In this document: positions 1 to 7,826 of the stretch, piece by piece
Numbering within the stretch: the stretch's first letter is position 1
Layout: each line of letters begins with the position of its first letter
Origin: Clostridia bacterium
GTDB taxonomy: Bacteria; Bacillota; Clostridia; HGM11514
Assembly (NCBI GenBank): GCA_045586685.1
Contig: JAZNAU010000033.1
Coordinates: forward strand, 2,717-34,716
Direction: 5' to 3'
DNA length: 32,000 nt
The notes under the pieces: model-generated
Told to the model about the DNA's origin: nothing
Seen by the model: only the letters and a program-made list of their open reading frames with translations
Databases searched by the model: none
Program-made: the position numbers and the translations under genes

Positions 1-410
1 CCAACACCTAAGAAAATCAAACAAGGATAAATCCCTAATTTTACACCTAAGTACAAAATGTCAATCAAGCCAAAGCTGATAGACTGCCCTACTGTCAGGG
101 TATCCAACAAGGACTGGGAAACCCCTGCCGCCTGCATTTCACTGATAAATTCAGCTGTAACGGGAGCACCGCCCAGCAAATCCCAATGAACATGACCGCC
201 GGCAAAGAAAATTTCATGAAACATCTCTGCACCTGGCAAGTTTGTGAGCAGCATACCAAAAGAAATAGGCAACAACAATAAGGGTTCAAATTTCTTAACA
301 ATTGCCAAATAAAAAAGAACAAAAGAAATCAAAAGCATAATGAGCATTTTAGGGTTGTTTGCAACCATGGAAAACCCTGTCTGCTCAAAAAAATTCATTA
401 AAACATCCAC
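1..410 (-). CDS. Na+-translocating decarboxylase beta subunit (OadB/GcdB/MmdB family), 3'-truncated by window edge
   Basis: Absent from the ORF track because it has no stop in the window. My minus-strand translation from GTG at 410 gives VDVLMNFFEQTGFSMVANNPKMLIMLLISFVLFYLAIVKKFEPLLLLPISFGMLLTNLPGAEMFHEIFFAGGHVHWD.... The hydrophobic N-terminus with KKFEPLLL-PI-FG is typical of the beta pump subunit. AGGAGG lies 9 nt upstream of the GTG. The gene starts 19 nt after the biotin-carrier gene stop. The track ORF 95..322 is a wrong-frame artefact inside this gene. Confidence 0.85.
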   Translation of the reverse strand, partial: MDVLMNFFEQTGFSMVANNPKMLIMLLISFVLFYLAIVKKFEPLLLLPISFGMLLTNLPGAEMFHEIFFAGGHVHWDLLGGAPVTAEFISEMQAAGVSQSLLDTLTVGQSISFGLIDILYLGVKLGIYPCLIFLGV

Positions 411-429
411 TGTATTGTGCCTCCTGTCA

Positions 430-786
430 TTACTGAATGGTGCACAGCGCTGTTCCGGATTCCACAGTAGCTCCTTTGGTTACACCAACAGAAGTCACCG
501 TTCCGTCTGCAGGTGCCATAATTTCATTTTCCATCTTCATTGCTTCTAAAATCATAAGAACCTGACCGCTGGTTACTTTATCCCCTACATTCACCTTCAC
601 ATCTAAAATTGTTCCGGGCATGGGGGCATTCACTGCCTGTCCGGCACCGTTTGCAGCAGGTGCGGGAGCGGTTGTTACAGGAGCCTGAGCGGGTGCTGCG
701 GGAGCCTGAGCAGGAGCTGTTTCATTGGTCAGTTCAATCTGAATCTGATATTCTGTTCCGTTTACATTTACCTTATATTGTTTCAT
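430..786 (-). CDS. Biotin carboxyl carrier subunit of a Na+-pumping decarboxylase (biotinyl/lipoyl domain; GcdC/MmdC/OadA-C-terminal-like)
   Basis: 118 aa. It has an Ala/Pro-rich linker (APAQAPAAPAQAPVTTAPAPAA) followed by a biotinyl domain with the canonical EAMKMENEI biotinylation motif. It sits between the OadG-like and beta subunit genes. Confidence 0.9.
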   Translation of the reverse strand: MKQYKVNVNGTEYQIQIELTNETAPAQAPAAPAQAPVTTAPAPAANGAGQAVNAPMPGTILDVKVNVGDKVTSGQVLMILEAMKMENEIMAPADGTVTSVGVTKGATVESGTALCTIQ

Positions 787-806
787 TGTTTGTTTACCTC
801 TCTTTG

Positions 807-1079
807 TTAAATTTTTTTAAATGATAGTACACGAATACTTGATACATCCGTCCCCAATTCTTCTGCGATCACCGCACAAATGCCCGCAATCAGCTCTTGT
901 TTATTTGCAATCGGTGCCGCCTGTACAGGGGGAGCTGCAACAGGTGCGGGAGTCTGAGTGGCTGACGCCTTTTCCTTACAGAAAAAGCTCATAATCTTAC
1001 AAAGTATAACAATGCAGATCAATCCTACAAACACTACACCAAGACCCATAGCGACTACAAAACCATTTGAAATTTCCAT
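807..1079 (-). CDS. OadG-family small membrane subunit of Na+-pumping decarboxylase (gamma/delta anchor)
   Basis: About 90 aa, with one N-terminal TM helix (FVVAMGLGVVFVGLICIVILC), an Ala/Pro linker, and a C-terminal IAGICAVIAEELG segment typical of the OadG family. The track start at 1082 is TTG. I prefer the ATG at 1079, which is preceded by AAGGAGGG with an 8-nt spacer. Confidence 0.75.
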   Translation of the reverse strand: MEISNGFVVAMGLGVVFVGLICIVILCKIMSFFCKEKASATQTPAPVAAPPVQAAPIANKQELIAGICAVIAEELGTDVSSIRVLSFKKI

Positions 1080-1166
1080 CAAAGATGCCCTCCTTTCCGG
1101 TAGAGTCCTCTATTTGCACAGGATAAATCCTGTAAAAATCAAAATCCTTCCTATTCTATCCCTTCT

Positions 1167-2510
1167 TTATTCTGCCTTTGCTCCGCATTCACCGCAGAAC
1201 TTTTCTCCTTCTGTGATAGGAGCTCCGCATTCGCCGCAAAATTTCTTCTTATTTTCCTTTCTTTCCGCAGGAGCGCCACATTCCCCGCAAAAGGCTTCTT
1301 CGGGGAAAATAGCAGAGCCACATTCACCACAGAACACTACTTTTTGATCAACTTGCTGACTGTTTTCAACATCGGTTTGCTCAATTTCACCGCTGTTGTC
1401 GCCCCCTTCTTCACTATTGGGGCTGACTTTTTGCAAATCGCTACCGCTTGCTTGACTGTCAACGGACTTTCCTTCACCGCTTTGGTCAAATTCGACTTCT
1501 TCATTTTCCTGACCAGCTTTTTGGAGGATTTCGTCACCCGCTTTATCCCCGCCTTCAGTTGTTTTCTGGTTTTCCTGTTCAATAACTTCATTGTCTTCCT
1601 CCTTTTCTGCCTCAGGGGCTACCAATGCACCGCATTCGCCACAGAATTTTAAAGAGTGAAAATCAAATTCTGTAGGTCTTATATCCAAAGAGGATTGCTC
1701 TCTGCGAACCTTATGATATAATTTACGGAAGGAACGGGAGATTTTACTCAGCTCTGCATAAGACTGATCTGCTCCCATCTGATCCAACTGACCGCAAGTG
1801 AGCAACTCACGGGTCAAAAACCAACTATCCAAAAAAGTATATTTAAAAATTCCTGTTACAATCAACGCCATAACCAATGCAGAAAACAAACCCAAAAACG
1901 GAATGGAAGAGAATAACAACCAAAAAATCAAGGTTGTTGCCAAAAAGCTGGCTGCCACAATCAATCCGGTTGACTGGCTTTTAACAAGCAGCTCTTTCTG
2001 ATTCTTGGAAAAAAGCACAACTGCATCTGCCATGGTCTTATATTTTCCCGCTTTCTTCTTATAAAAATTGATACAGGTACAGCAATAGGTCATGTAATCC
2101 AACATAATTTTATCTTTCCAGTAGTTACCCTTATGTAAATCTTTCACCGCACCGCCAATCAAACGGTTCAGATAACAAAAATTTGCAGCATTTTTAAACT
2201 GACCCTTTACAAACTGCTGAACAAAATCACGATAACTGGAAGGCAACGCCTGATTCACCGCATATTCCGCCGCAGCCGCTAAAAAGGCAGTCTGATACAC
2301 ATAACCGTAGTAATGAACCGAAAGATAATAAATAAATGCGGAAATGAGCGCCCATAAAAGAACCACCGCTCCTCTCCCAAAGCCTTCTAATCCATAATCA
2401 CACCAAATCTTTACAGGAACATACAACACCACTGCCAGCAGCAGACTGAACAGACCGGGCAATAATTTCATAAACTGAAAACGCAAGGTTTTCATATAAA
2501 TTTGTTTCAT
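1167..2510 (-). CDS. Uncharacterised polytopic membrane protein with five C-terminal FCGECGA zinc knuckles (zinc_ribbon_2-like repeats) and an acidic disordered linker
   Basis: 447-aa ORF with GGAGGA 8 nt upstream of the ATG. The N-terminal ~250 aa contains several hydrophobic helices. One isolated KFCGECGA knuckle follows, then a ~95-aa E/D/Q/S/G-rich linker, then four more knuckles arranged as two CxxC-x(9-11)-CxxC ribbons. I do not recognise a characterised family for the membrane domain. Confidence 0.8.
   Translation of the reverse strand: MKQIYMKTLRFQFMKLLPGLFSLLLAVVLYVPVKIWCDYGLEGFGRGAVVLLWALISAFIYYLSVHYYGYVYQTAFLAAAAEYAVNQALPSSYRDFVQQFVKGQFKNAANFCYLNRLIGGAVKDLHKGNYWKDKIMLDYMTYCCTCINFYKKKAGKYKTMADAVVLFSKNQKELLVKSQSTGLIVAASFLATTLIFWLLFSSIPFLGLFSALVMALIVTGIFKYTFLDSWFLTRELLTCGQLDQMGADQSYAELSKISRSFRKLYHKVRREQSSLDIRPTEFDFHSLKFCGECGALVAPEAEKEEDNEVIEQENQKTTEGGDKAGDEILQKAGQENEEVEFDQSGEGKSVDSQASGSDLQKVSPNSEEGGDNSGEIEQTDVENSQQVDQKVVFCGECGSAIFPEEAFCGECGAPAERKENKKKFCGECGAPITEGEKFCGECGAKAE
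1180..1334 (-). repeat. Four of five ~20-nt intragenic repeats encoding FCGECGA (fifth copy at 1627..1646)
   Basis: Plus-strand copies are gctccgcattcaccgcagaa (1180), gctccgcattcgccgcaaaa (1222), gcgccacattccccgcaaaa (1273), gccacattcaccacagaa (1317) and gcaccgcattcgccacagaa (1627). All lie in the frame of the 1167..2510 CDS. Confidence 0.85.
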
Positions 2511-2666
2511 TTCTATTTTCCTCCGTGTAATTTACCAATTTTTGGGTATTCTATTTTTATCTGCTCCCAAATAAACGTTTCAGTATCTATTATATCAAAT
2601 ATTTTTCAAAAAGAAAAGAGATAATTTAAAATTTGTCAAAAAAAATTTTTATTTTTTTAAAATCTC

Positions 2667-2694
2667 TTGACTTTTTTAAAGAATGTGCTATAAT
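2667..2694 (+). promoter_or_regulatory. SigmaA-type promoter of the ctsR operon (TTGACT - 16 nt - TGcTATAAT, extended -10)
   Basis: TTGACT at 2667-2672, TG at 2686-2687 and TATAAT at 2689-2694. The promoter lies about 50 nt upstream of the ctsR start and is preceded by an AT-rich tract. Confidence 0.75.
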
Positions 2695-2702
2695 ATAATT
2701 AA

Positions 2703-2719
2703 AGTCAAAGAAAGTCAAA
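2703..2719 (+). promoter_or_regulatory. CtsR operator (heptad direct repeat AGTCAAA-GAA-AGTCAAA)
   Basis: The sequence AGTCAAAGAAAGTCAAA matches the published CtsR box consensus (A/G)GTCAAAnAn(A/G)GTCAAA. It sits immediately downstream of the -10 box, over the predicted transcription start, as expected for autoregulation of ctsR-clpC. Confidence 0.85.
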
Positions 2720-2742
2720 GTCATAAAAAGAGGTGAATTCCA

Positions 2743-3189
2743 ATGAAAATCAGTGATATTATTGAACAATTTCTTTTAGATATGATGCATAACAGCGAAG
2801 GAGAAGTGGAAATCAAACGAAATGAGTTGGCAGGGCATTTCAACTGTGTTCCTTCTCAGATAAATTACGTTATTTCCACCCGTTTTACAGCCGAAAACGG
2901 ATATATCGTAGAAAGCCGACGGGGCGGTGGCGGTTCTATTAAAATCCGCCGTGTTGCCATGACTCCCGGAAATTATATGATGCATGTCATCAATTCTGTG
3001 GGAAATCATATCAATCAACTGTCGGTGCAGGTGTTCATAAAAAACTTTTTTGAAAACGGACACATTACCTTACGGGAAGCAGAGCTCATGCTTGCTGCCC
3101 TGTCCGACAACTCCTTGCCACTTCCTCAGCCCATGAAGGATCAGGTTCGGGCAACCATTTTTAAAAATATGTTAACAAAACTGTCGTAA
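2743..3189 (+). CDS. ctsR: CtsR, transcriptional repressor of class III stress genes
   Basis: 148 aa. It has an N-terminal winged HTH with the glycine-rich loop ESRRGGGGSIKIRRV characteristic of CtsR. The RBS is AAAGAGGTGA. It is the first gene of a ctsR-mcsA-mcsB-clpC arrangement. Confidence 0.95.
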   Translation: MKISDIIEQFLLDMMHNSEGEVEIKRNELAGHFNCVPSQINYVISTRFTAENGYIVESRRGGGGSIKIRRVAMTPGNYMMHVINSVGNHINQLSVQVFIKNFFENGHITLREAELMLAALSDNSLPLPQPMKDQVRATIFKNMLTKLS

Positions 3190-3203
3190 AGGAGAGAAGC
3201 ATT

Positions 3204-3674
3204 ATGTTATGTTCAAAATGCGGAAAAAAACTCGCCACCGTACATTATCAGGAAAACATTAACGGAATAAAATCGGAATATGAATTATGTGAAGAATGTG
3301 CTAACCAAATGCAGTTTTCAGAGTTGGGCGGATTCACTCTTGATCCCTTATGGATGACACCCAAGCTGTTTCGCGAAGAAACGGGAACGTGTCCCTTCTG
3401 CGGTCTTACATTACGGGAATTTTCTAAAGACGCAAAATTTGGCTGTAGAGAATGTTACAACGCATTTTCACATCACGTTCCTTCCTTGTTAAAGAAAATT
3501 CACGGGCATACGAAACACATAGGAAAAATTCCGAAACGAATGGGCAGAAATTTACGTACCAAGAGTAAAATAGAAGAATTAAAAAATCAAATGAATCAAG
3601 CGGTTTTGGATCAAAACTTTGAGCTTGCAGCAAAATTAAGAGATGAAATCAGGGGATTGGAGGGAAAAGAATGA
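3204..3674 (+). CDS. mcsA: McsA, zinc-finger/UVR-domain activator of the McsB arginine kinase
   Basis: 156 aa with four CxxC motifs (CSKC, CEEC, CPFC, CREC) and a C-terminal UVR motif (FELAAKLRDEIRGLE). Its position between ctsR and mcsB fits the call. Confidence 0.9.
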   Translation: MLCSKCGKKLATVHYQENINGIKSEYELCEECANQMQFSELGGFTLDPLWMTPKLFREETGTCPFCGLTLREFSKDAKFGCRECYNAFSHHVPSLLKKIHGHTKHIGKIPKRMGRNLRTKSKIEELKNQMNQAVLDQNFELAAKLRDEIRGLEGKE

Positions 3675-4651
3675 ACAATATTGTCATCAGCAGCCGTGTT
3701 CGTCTGGCAAGAAATTTAAACGATTTTGCCTTTCCCGCAAAGTTAAACTCTTCGGCAAACCTGATTGATGTGGTCAAGGGTTCGGCAGGGAAAGAATTTT
3801 CCTGTTTTACCTGTAATAATATGACCCCTCTTGACAAGCAAGCCTTGGTAGAGGAGCACGTAATCAGCCCCGCCCTTGAAAGAAAAAGGGACGGTGCAGT
3901 ACTGATAAACAAAGACCGTTCTGTGAGCATTATGCTCAATGAAGAGGACCATTTGAGGATTCAATGTATTATGCCGGGGCTTCAATTAAAAGAAGCTTAT
4001 GAGCTGGCTGACCAAACAGACGATTTACTGGAAGAAAGCCTGTCCTTCGCCTTTGACGAAACAATCGGCTATCTTACTTCCTGTCCCACCAATGCGGGAA
4101 CAGGGATGCGCGCCTCTGTCATGCTCCATCTCCCTGCTCTCACTGCCAATCACCAAATGAACAGCCTGATCGCGTCAGCCGGAAAAATGGGGTTTGCAGT
4201 ACGGGGAATATACGGAGAAGGAAGTCGGGCAGAAGGAGATTTTTATCAGATTTCCAACCAGATTACTTTGGGTCTTTCGGAATCAGAAACTCTCCAACGG
4301 CTCCAATCCGTTACCGAACAACTGATTGAACAGGAATTACAGCTTCGTCAGGCAATGATGGAACGAAACCGTGCTCAGATGTGTGATATTATCTGGCGTG
4401 CCTTTGGTACGGTAAAATATGCACAAATTATGTCCGCCAAGGAATTTATGTCCTTGGCATCCCAGATAAGGCTGGGAATTTCTATGGGTGTCATTACTCA
4501 TATCAAAAACGAAACATTAAATCGGCTGATGACCGAAATTCAACCGGCTCATCTGCAAAAGCATTTCGGCAAAATCATGTCCCCTTCAGAACGGGATATA
4601 ATGCGCGCCGACTATTTGAGAAAAGAAATAGAAAGGACGGATGCACAATGA
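3671..4651 (+). CDS. mcsB: McsB, protein arginine kinase (ATP:guanido phosphotransferase family)
   Basis: 326 aa with guanido-kinase motifs NEEDHLRIQ and CPTNAGTGMRASVMLHLPAL. It has an ATGA overlap with the mcsA stop and an ATGATG/TGA overlap with the clpC start. It appears to lack the roughly 20 N-terminal residues present in B. subtilis McsB, as I recall that sequence. Confidence 0.92.
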   Translation: MNNIVISSRVRLARNLNDFAFPAKLNSSANLIDVVKGSAGKEFSCFTCNNMTPLDKQALVEEHVISPALERKRDGAVLINKDRSVSIMLNEEDHLRIQCIMPGLQLKEAYELADQTDDLLEESLSFAFDETIGYLTSCPTNAGTGMRASVMLHLPALTANHQMNSLIASAGKMGFAVRGIYGEGSRAEGDFYQISNQITLGLSESETLQRLQSVTEQLIEQELQLRQAMMERNRAQMCDIIWRAFGTVKYAQIMSAKEFMSLASQIRLGISMGVITHIKNETLNRLMTEIQPAHLQKHFGKIMSPSERDIMRADYLRKEIERTDAQ

Positions 4652-7083
4652 TGAACAGTTTTACAAAAAAAGCAAAACAAGCACTAACCATGGCAGAACA
4701 ATCTGCCGGTCAACTGGGACACAATTATATTGGCTCGGAGCATCTGCTTTTAGGACTACTAAAAACAACAGACTGTATGGCATCAAAACTGATTGGAGAA
4801 TTTGGCGTTACCGCAGAAAAGGTGGAGGACTGCATTAGCCGTCTTATCGGAACCGCCACGCCTACAGGGGGCAAAGTGGCAGGGCTTACCCCCCGCACAA
4901 AGAGGATTTTAGAGCTGAGCGCAGCAGAGGCAAACCGCCTTGGACACAATTACATCGGTACAGAGCATATTCTTCTTGCCATTATCCGAGAAGGCGAAAG
5001 CGTTGCCATTCAAATTCTTGCCGATTTGGACGTAGATATACAAAAGCTTTTTTCTTCTCTTGCAGAAAATATGCAATCAAACAACGGTACAGTAAAAACC
5101 ACATCACAGCCTTATAAAAACAAAAATTCTTCCACCCCCACTTTGGAGGAATTTGGAAGAGATTTGACCGAAATGGCAAAGCAAGGAAAATTTGACCCTG
5201 TCATAGGCCGTGACAAGGAAATCGAGCGGGTCATTCAGATACTAAGCCGACGTACCAAAAACAATCCTTGCCTAATCGGAGAACCGGGTGTGGGAAAAAC
5301 CGCCATTGCAGAAGGACTGGCACAGAAAATTGCGGAAGGAAACGTACCCGAATTACTCCGTGACAAAAGAGTGGTCACCATGGATTTATCCTCCATGGTA
5401 GCGGGAGCAAAATATCGAGGCGAGTTTGAAGAACGACTGAAAAAAGCCATTGATGAAATTATTGCCGCACAAAATGTGATTATTTTTATTGACGAAATGC
5501 ACACTATCATCGGTGCGGGAGGTGCTGAAGGTGCCATAGACGCCTCAAACATTTTAAAACCCGCTCTTGCACGAGGCGAAATGCAGGTTGTAGGGGCAAC
5601 CACCTTAAACGAATACAAAAAGCACATTGAAAAAGATGCCGCACTGGAACGTCGGTTTCAGCCCGTCACCGTAGGAGAACCGTCGGTTGCGGAAACAGTG
5701 CTGATTTTAAAAGGTCTTCGTGATAAATACGAAGCTCATCATGGCGTAACCATTACGGACCAGGCATTGGAGTCTGCCGCAGAGCTTTCTCACCGTTATA
5801 TTGCAGACCGATTTTTACCCGATAAGGCAATCGACTTGATTGACGAAGCCTCCAGCAGAATGAGACTCCAAACCTTTACTGCCCCTCCCTCTCTCAAGGA
5901 ATTAGAGGAAAAGCTGGAGGGTATATCCAAGGAAAAAGCAGAGGCGATTACTCATCAGGATTTTGAAAAAGCAGCAAAATATCGAGACGAGGAAACCTCT
6001 CTCAAAGCAGAGCTGGAAGACAAAAAGGCGGAATGGGAAAAAATTTCTGCCGCTCACCATAAGCAAATCGGCAAAGAGGAAATCGCCTCCATTTTATCCG
6101 ACTGGACAGGAATTCCTGTTAACAGCCTGCAAGAAGAAGAATCTCAAAAATTACTGCGGTTAGAAGAAACCTTGCACAAGAGAGTCATAGGACAGGATGA
6201 GGCCGTTACCGCTATTTCAAAAGCCATCCGACGGGGCAGAGTGGGTCTTGCCGACCCCAAGCGTCCCACAGGCTCCTTCCTTTTTTTAGGCCCTACAGGG
6301 GTGGGAAAAACAGAGCTGTCAAAAGCATTGGCAGAAGTCTTGTTCGGTGATGAGGATGCCATGATTCGGGTGGATATGTCTGAATACATGGAAAAGCACT
6401 CCGTATCCCGTATGGTGGGCTCCCCTCCCGGATATGTGGGTTATGACGAAGGAGGTCAGCTTACCGACAAGGTTCGCCGAAAGCCCTATTCCGTTATTCT
6501 GTTTGATGAAATTGAAAAGGCACATCCGGATGTCTTTAACATTCTGCTTCAGATTATGGAAGACGGTATGCTCACCGATTCCCAAGGAAGAAAGGTGAAT
6601 TTTAAAAACACCATTATTATCATGACCTCTAACATTGGTGCCCGTCACATTACCGAACAGAAAAAAGCATTGGGCTTTTCATCCGTCGAGGAAAACGGGC
6701 GGGATTACCAGACCATTAAAACGGATGTAATGACAGAACTGAAAAAAGCATTTCGTCCGGAATTTTTGAATCGGATTGACGACACGGTTGTGTTCCAGCC
6801 CTTATCCAAAGAGGCAATCGAAACCATTGCACGAAATATGCTGGGACAATTATCTGAGCGTCTGTCAAAAAAGAACATCACTGCTGAATATACAGACAAA
6901 GCAGTTTCTCATCTGGCAGACATTGGCTTTGACCCCGTATATGGGGCAAGACCCTTAAGACGTGCCATTACCTCCGGTGTAGAAGACATGATTGCAGAAA
7001 AACTGCTGGAACAAGTCATTGGTGAGGGTGATACTATAGTTGTGGATTTTGCAGAAAACGCTTTTACGGTTACAAAAAAATAA
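4648..7083 (+). CDS. clpC: ClpC, ATP-dependent Clp protease ATP-binding subunit (class I AAA+)
   Basis: 811 aa. It has a repeated Clp N-domain ([15 protein letters not shown] and [14 protein letters not shown]), two Walker A sites ([16 protein letters not shown]), a UVR-like middle domain and the sensor region GARPLRR. Confidence 0.97.
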   Translation: MMNSFTKKAKQALTMAEQSAGQLGHNYIGSEHLLLGLLKTTDCMASKLIGEFGVTAEKVEDCISRLIGTATPTGGKVAGLTPRTKRILELSAAEANRLGHNYIGTEHILLAIIREGESVAIQILADLDVDIQKLFSSLAENMQSNNGTVKTTSQPYKNKNSSTPTLEEFGRDLTEMAKQGKFDPVIGRDKEIERVIQILSRRTKNNPCLIGEPGVGKTAIAEGLAQKIAEGNVPELLRDKRVVTMDLSSMVAGAKYRGEFEERLKKAIDEIIAAQNVIIFIDEMHTIIGAGGAEGAIDASNILKPALARGEMQVVGATTLNEYKKHIEKDAALERRFQPVTVGEPSVAETVLILKGLRDKYEAHHGVTITDQALESAAELSHRYIADRFLPDKAIDLIDEASSRMRLQTFTAPPSLKELEEKLEGISKEKAEAITHQDFEKAAKYRDEETSLKAELEDKKAEWEKISAAHHKQIGKEEIASILSDWTGIPVNSLQEEESQKLLRLEETLHKRVIGQDEAVTAISKAIRRGRVGLADPKRPTGSFLFLGPTGVGKTELSKALAEVLFGDEDAMIRVDMSEYMEKHSVSRMVGSPPGYVGYDEGGQLTDKVRRKPYSVILFDEIEKAHPDVFNILLQIMEDGMLTDSQGRKVNFKNTIIIMTSNIGARHITEQKKALGFSSVEENGRDYQTIKTDVMTELKKAFRPEFLNRIDDTVVFQPLSKEAIETIARNMLGQLSERLSKKNITAEYTDKAVSHLADIGFDPVYGARPLRRAITSGVEDMIAEKLLEQVIGEGDTIVVDFAENAFTVTKK

Positions 7084-7093
7084 CGAATGGGAG

Positions 7094-7127
7094 AAAGGGG
7101 TGTGAAAACACCCCCTTTTCTTTTTGT
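7094..7127 (+). terminator. Rho-independent terminator of the ctsR-clpC operon
   Basis: AAAGGGGTG (7094-7102) pairs with CACCCC(C)TTT (7109-7118) with one bulged C. It is followed by a TTTCTTTTTGTTT run and starts 11 nt after the clpC stop. Confidence 0.8.
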
Positions 7128-7166
7128 TTATATTTATATTTTTATTTTATTTTTTATTTTATAAAG

Positions 7167-7238
7167 GGGGTCGCTCTTTTGGTCGCATCCGGGGTTGCTC
7201 CCTTGGTCGCATCTGGAGGTGCTCCCTTGGTCGCTCTT
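7167..7238. repeat. Three imperfect 24-bp tandem repeats (six 12-bp half-units with a GGTYGC core) in non-coding DNA
   Basis: The units are GGGGTCGCTCTTTTGGTCGCATCC, GGGGTTGCTCCCTTGGTCGCATCT and GGAGGTGCTCCCTTGGTCGCTCTT, read directly from 7167-7190, 7191-7214 and 7215-7238. Confidence 0.85.
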
Positions 7239-7345
7239 ATTCCCGCTTCTATTCACACTCCTGCTCTATTTTTATTATATCATAAAAATCTTGCCATCAC
7301 TTGGACACTTTTTTTAAATCTAAAAAGTTCCCAAAGAATGACAAC

Positions 7346-7372
7346 AAAAAAAGGAGAGAACCTAATCCCTCC
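7346..7372 (-). terminator. Possible second (tandem) intrinsic terminator downstream of rpsT
   Basis: The minus strand reads GGAGGG-ATTAGGTT-CTCTCC-TTTTTTT. This is a 6-bp stem including one G-U pair that exists only on the minus-strand RNA, followed by a U7 tail. The stem is short, so confidence is moderate. Confidence 0.45.
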
Positions 7373-7408
7373 TTCCTGTTCTTATCGCCAAAATATTTTT
7401 TTATAGCA

Positions 7409-7438
7409 TAAAAAGAGATTGATACTACAATCTCTTCT
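7409..7438 (-). terminator. Rho-independent terminator of rpsT
   Basis: The minus strand reads AAGAGATTG-TAGTAT-CAATCTCTT followed by TTTTATGC. It has a perfect 9-bp stem and lies about 35 nt after the rpsT stop. Confidence 0.8.
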
Positions 7439-7472
7439 TTCACCTATTTGACCATAATGACACAAGCACAAC

Positions 7473-7733
7473 TTAGGCTTTATTCAACATTAAAGCCAGC
7501 TGAGACTTTTTACGTGCTCCTGCATTTTTATGGATAATTCCTTTTGCAACAGCCTGATCGATTTTCTTAACAGCCAGTTTGAACGCATCGGTCTTCACCT
7601 GAGCATCATCCTGCTTCAAAGAAACTTCAAAACTCTTAATCGCAGTTTTCAGCGCAGATTTAATCATCTGATTTCTCAGGGTTTTAGTTTTGATAACGCG
7701 AACCTTTCTGATAGCAGACGCTGTATTAGGCAT
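7473..7733 (-). CDS. rpsT: 30S ribosomal protein S20
   Basis: The sequence MPNTASAIRKVRVIKTKTLRNQMIKSALKTAIKSF... is typical S20 at 86 aa. The track ORF is extended by 11 codons. The ATG at 7733 is preceded by GGGAGGTG with a 7-nt spacer. Confidence 0.93.
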   Translation of the reverse strand: MPNTASAIRKVRVIKTKTLRNQMIKSALKTAIKSFEVSLKQDDAQVKTDAFKLAVKKIDQAVAKGIIHKNAGARKKSQLALMLNKA

Positions 7734-7769
7734 AGGGTTCACCTCCCATTTTAGAATCATGCACATAAT

Positions 7770-7798
7770 AGTATAACATAATACTGGTAAAAAAGCAA
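7770..7798 (-). promoter_or_regulatory. SigmaA-type promoter of rpsT (TTGCTT - 17 nt - TGtTATACT)
   Basis: The minus strand reads TTGCTT (7798-7793), a 17-nt spacer ending in TGT, then TATACT (7775-7770). It lies about 40 nt upstream of the rpsT start. Confidence 0.6.
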
Positions 7799-7826
7799 GT
7801 ATTATTTTTATTTTTTTAAAAATTTC

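Noticed and set aside
95-322. 75-aa Cys-rich ORF on the minus strand (track entry)
   Set aside because: It lies wholly inside the decarboxylase beta-subunit gene in a different frame and starts with TTG. The alternative frame gives a clean OadB/GcdB-like N-terminus, so this ORF is a frame artefact.
1337-1591. 84-aa extremely Lys-rich ORF (and the antisense 1344..1652 ORF) within the zinc-knuckle gene
   Set aside because: It is an alternative-frame reading of the GAA/GAG-rich acidic linker, so the K-rich sequence is a compositional mirror. It has no RBS and is nested completely in a better-supported CDS.
3671-4651. McsB appears about 20 to 35 aa shorter at the N-terminus than the Bacillus protein: possible truncation or pseudogene
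   Set aside because: The ATGA coupling to mcsA is intact, the catalytic motifs are present, and there are no in-frame disruptions. This is most likely a natural lineage variant.
7121-7165. About 45 bp of pure A/T (tatttatatttttattttattttttattttat)
   Set aside because: It is low-complexity AT DNA that extends the clpC terminator T-tract. It could be curved DNA or an UP-like element, but nothing specific can be read from it.
7167-7238. Possible CRISPR-like array
   Set aside because: The three 24-bp units are directly contiguous with no spacers, and no cas genes are present. This is a tandem repeat, not a CRISPR array.
7179-7406. 75-aa ORF beginning in the 24-bp tandem repeats
   Set aside because: I did not call it as a CDS. 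It has a TTG start and sits directly after the clpC terminator with no convincing promoter. Its N-terminus is simply the translated repeat, and the ORF runs across minus-strand terminators. I kept it as a possibility in the intergenic finding because AAAGGGGG lies 8 nt upstream.
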